A stretch of 64,000 nucleotides of DNA from Candidatus Aminicenantales bacterium (GTDB lineage: Bacteria; Acidobacteriota; Aminicenantia; Aminicenantales; UBA8522), in the NCBI GenBank assembly GCA_049287565.1, contig JBAQGA010000239.1:1522-65521 (forward strand), in the 5' to 3' direction. The notes beneath the pieces were generated by a model, which saw only the letters and a program-made list of their open reading frames with translations, ran no database searches and had not been told where the DNA came from. Position numbers and translations under genes: made by a program. Shown piece after piece: positions 62,945-64,000 of the stretch (position 1 is its first letter; the number at the start of each line of letters is the position of its first letter).

Positions 62945-64000
62945 GAACGGGAGGGTCATCGACCCCTCCTCCCGGACCGACGAAACCCTGGACATCCTTA
63001 TCGAAAAGGGAAAGATCCTCGCCCTCGGACCCAGGATCGAGGGAGCGGGAATCCCGGCGATCGATGCCTCTCGGCTCGTGGTGGCCCCGGGTTTCATCGA
63101 CATGCATACCCATGTCAGGGAACCGGGTCAGAAGGAGAAAGAGGATATCGGAACGGCCTCCCGGTCAGCGGCCAAGGGAGGTTTTGCATCGATCTGCGCC
63201 ATGGCCAACACGAATCCCGTCAATGACACTCGCGCCGTGACGGAATACATTATCGCCGAAGCTCGAAAACGGGCCATCGTCTCCCTCCTGCCCATTGCCG
63301 CCATCACCAAAGGGCTGTCCGGAAACGAACTGACCGATATGGCCGACCTCCTGGCGGCCGGGGCCGTCGCCTTCTCTGATGACGGCCACGGACTCCAGAA
63401 CAGCCGGATCATGAGGCAAGCCCTGGAAATCGCCAAGGGCCTGAACGCTTTGATCATCGATCACTGTGAAGACGATAACCTCAGCCGTGGAGGCGTGATG
63501 AATGAAGGCCCGATCTGTGCCCGAATGGGACTTCGAGGGATTCCTGCCGCAGCGGAAGACGTCATGGTTTCACGGGACATCATCCTGGCCGAGGCGGCCG
63601 GCGCCAAAGTGCATATTGCTCACCTCAGCACGCGGGGAGCCGTCGAGCTTGTCCGACGGGCCAAGGAGAGAAAGGTCCCGGTGACCGCTGAGGTCACTCC
63701 CCACCATCTGGTCTTAACCGATGCCGCCCTCGAAGGCCGAGATCCCGACCTCAAAGTCAATCCCCCCCTACGTGATCCCAAGGATACCGAAGCCCTTCAG
63801 AAGGCCGTCGGTGAGGGCGTTATCGATGTCTTCGCCACCGACCATGCTCCCCACACTCCCGCCCAAAAGGCGCTCGGTTTCGACCAGGCTCCCTTCGGAA
63901 TCGCCGGCCTGGAGACAGCGGTTTCTGTTCTCCTGGACAGCCTGGTCAGAAAACGGATCATTCCCCTGATGCGGCTGATCGAAATGCTCTCCACCCGGCC
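62928..64000 (+). CDS. pyrC: Dihydroorotase (partial, continues beyond the window)
   Basis: GTG start overlapping the pyrR stop. LIKNGRVIDP. Metal-binding DMHTHVREPG (HxH). DHAPH (the FATDHAPHT Asp/His). Open to the window end. Confidence 0.85.
   Translation, partial: MRLLIKNGRVIDPSSRTDETLDILIEKGKILALGPRIEGAGIPAIDASRLVVAPGFIDMHTHVREPGQKEKEDIGTASRSAAKGGFASICAMANTNPVNDTRAVTEYIIAEARKRAIVSLLPIAAITKGLSGNELTDMADLLAAGAVAFSDDGHGLQNSRIMRQALEIAKGLNALIIDHCEDDNLSRGGVMNEGPICARMGLRGIPAAAEDVMVSRDIILAEAAGAKVHIAHLSTRGAVELVRRAKERKVPVTAEVTPHHLVLTDAALEGRDPDLKVNPPLRDPKDTEALQKAVGEGVIDVFATDHAPHTPAQKALGFDQAPFGIAGLETAVSVLLDSLVRKRIIPLMRLIEMLSTR

Noticed and set aside
1-64000. Search for CRISPR arrays, tRNA/rRNA genes, transposases, integrases and toxin-antitoxin pairs
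   Set aside because: No regularly spaced direct repeats were seen. No tRNA-like GGTTCGANTCC T-arm or acceptor pairs appear in intergenic regions. No rRNA-like conserved stretches, DDE, tyrosine or serine recombinase motifs were found. The only RHH-type small protein (25112..25303) is followed by a membrane protein, not a recognisable toxin.

Overview
This is a high-GC (about 60%) bacterial chromosomal segment. It is densely coding, with roughly 60 genes separated by short gaps or 4-nt overlaps. I found no rRNA, tRNA, CRISPR array, transposase or integrase. Gene content indicates a Gram-negative-type (diderm) organism: lipid A/Kdo genes (kdtA, lpxB, a PAP2 lipid phosphatase), an Omp85-barrel protein and type IV pilus minor pilins. 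ProRS is of the archaeal/eukaryotic type, so the host is probably from a poorly studied lineage.

Called genes, in order:
- A type IV pilus minor-pilin operon (fimT/gspH-like, pilV, pilW, pilX and a partial PilY1-like FG-GAP protein).
- A P2-type cation (probably Ca2+) ATPase followed by a 39-aa one-helix peptide.
- A Fur-family regulator co-operonic with a DnaQ/YprB-like exonuclease carrying TPR repeats.
- A rhamnose module (rhaB, rhaA, GH78 alpha-L-rhamnosidase) interrupted by a HEAT-repeat protein and an HD-GYP c-di-GMP phosphodiesterase.
- A tightly coupled 10-gene cluster: a small ORF, an ADP-forming acyl-CoA synthetase, three tandem nucleotide-pyrophosphatase/alkaline-phosphatase-family paralogs (cytoplasmic, membrane-anchored and Tat-exported), an RHH protein, a membrane protein and a PLP aminotransferase.
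- A 1021-aa outer-membrane protein fusing an HEXXH peptidase-like domain, a TolB-like beta-propeller and an Omp85 barrel.
- A nitroreductase, a small beta-barrel-like protein, a lipoprotein and two tandem ABC-2 exporter cassettes.
- A circularly permuted cofactor-independent phosphoglycerate mutase.
- An M23 peptidase, D-aminoacylase, PAP2 phosphatase and kdtA operon.
- rpsO and pnp translationally coupled to three GspG-like pseudopilins and lpxB.
- A DUF192 protein, pcm and proS.
- A c-di-GMP cluster: three PilZ paralogs flanking a LuxR regulator with a degenerate receiver domain.
- coaE, a DHS-like protein, HU/IHF, NfeD plus stomatin, a SPOR protein, and prfB with its programmed +1 frameshift.
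- ribF, pyrR and a partial pyrC.

The most unusual items are the permuted iPGM, the PilZ/LuxR cluster, the NPP-triplet operon, the peptidase-TolB-Omp85 fusion and the HD-GYP inside the rhamnose locus. Many long antisense ORFs in the supplied track are GC-driven artefacts and are rejected.
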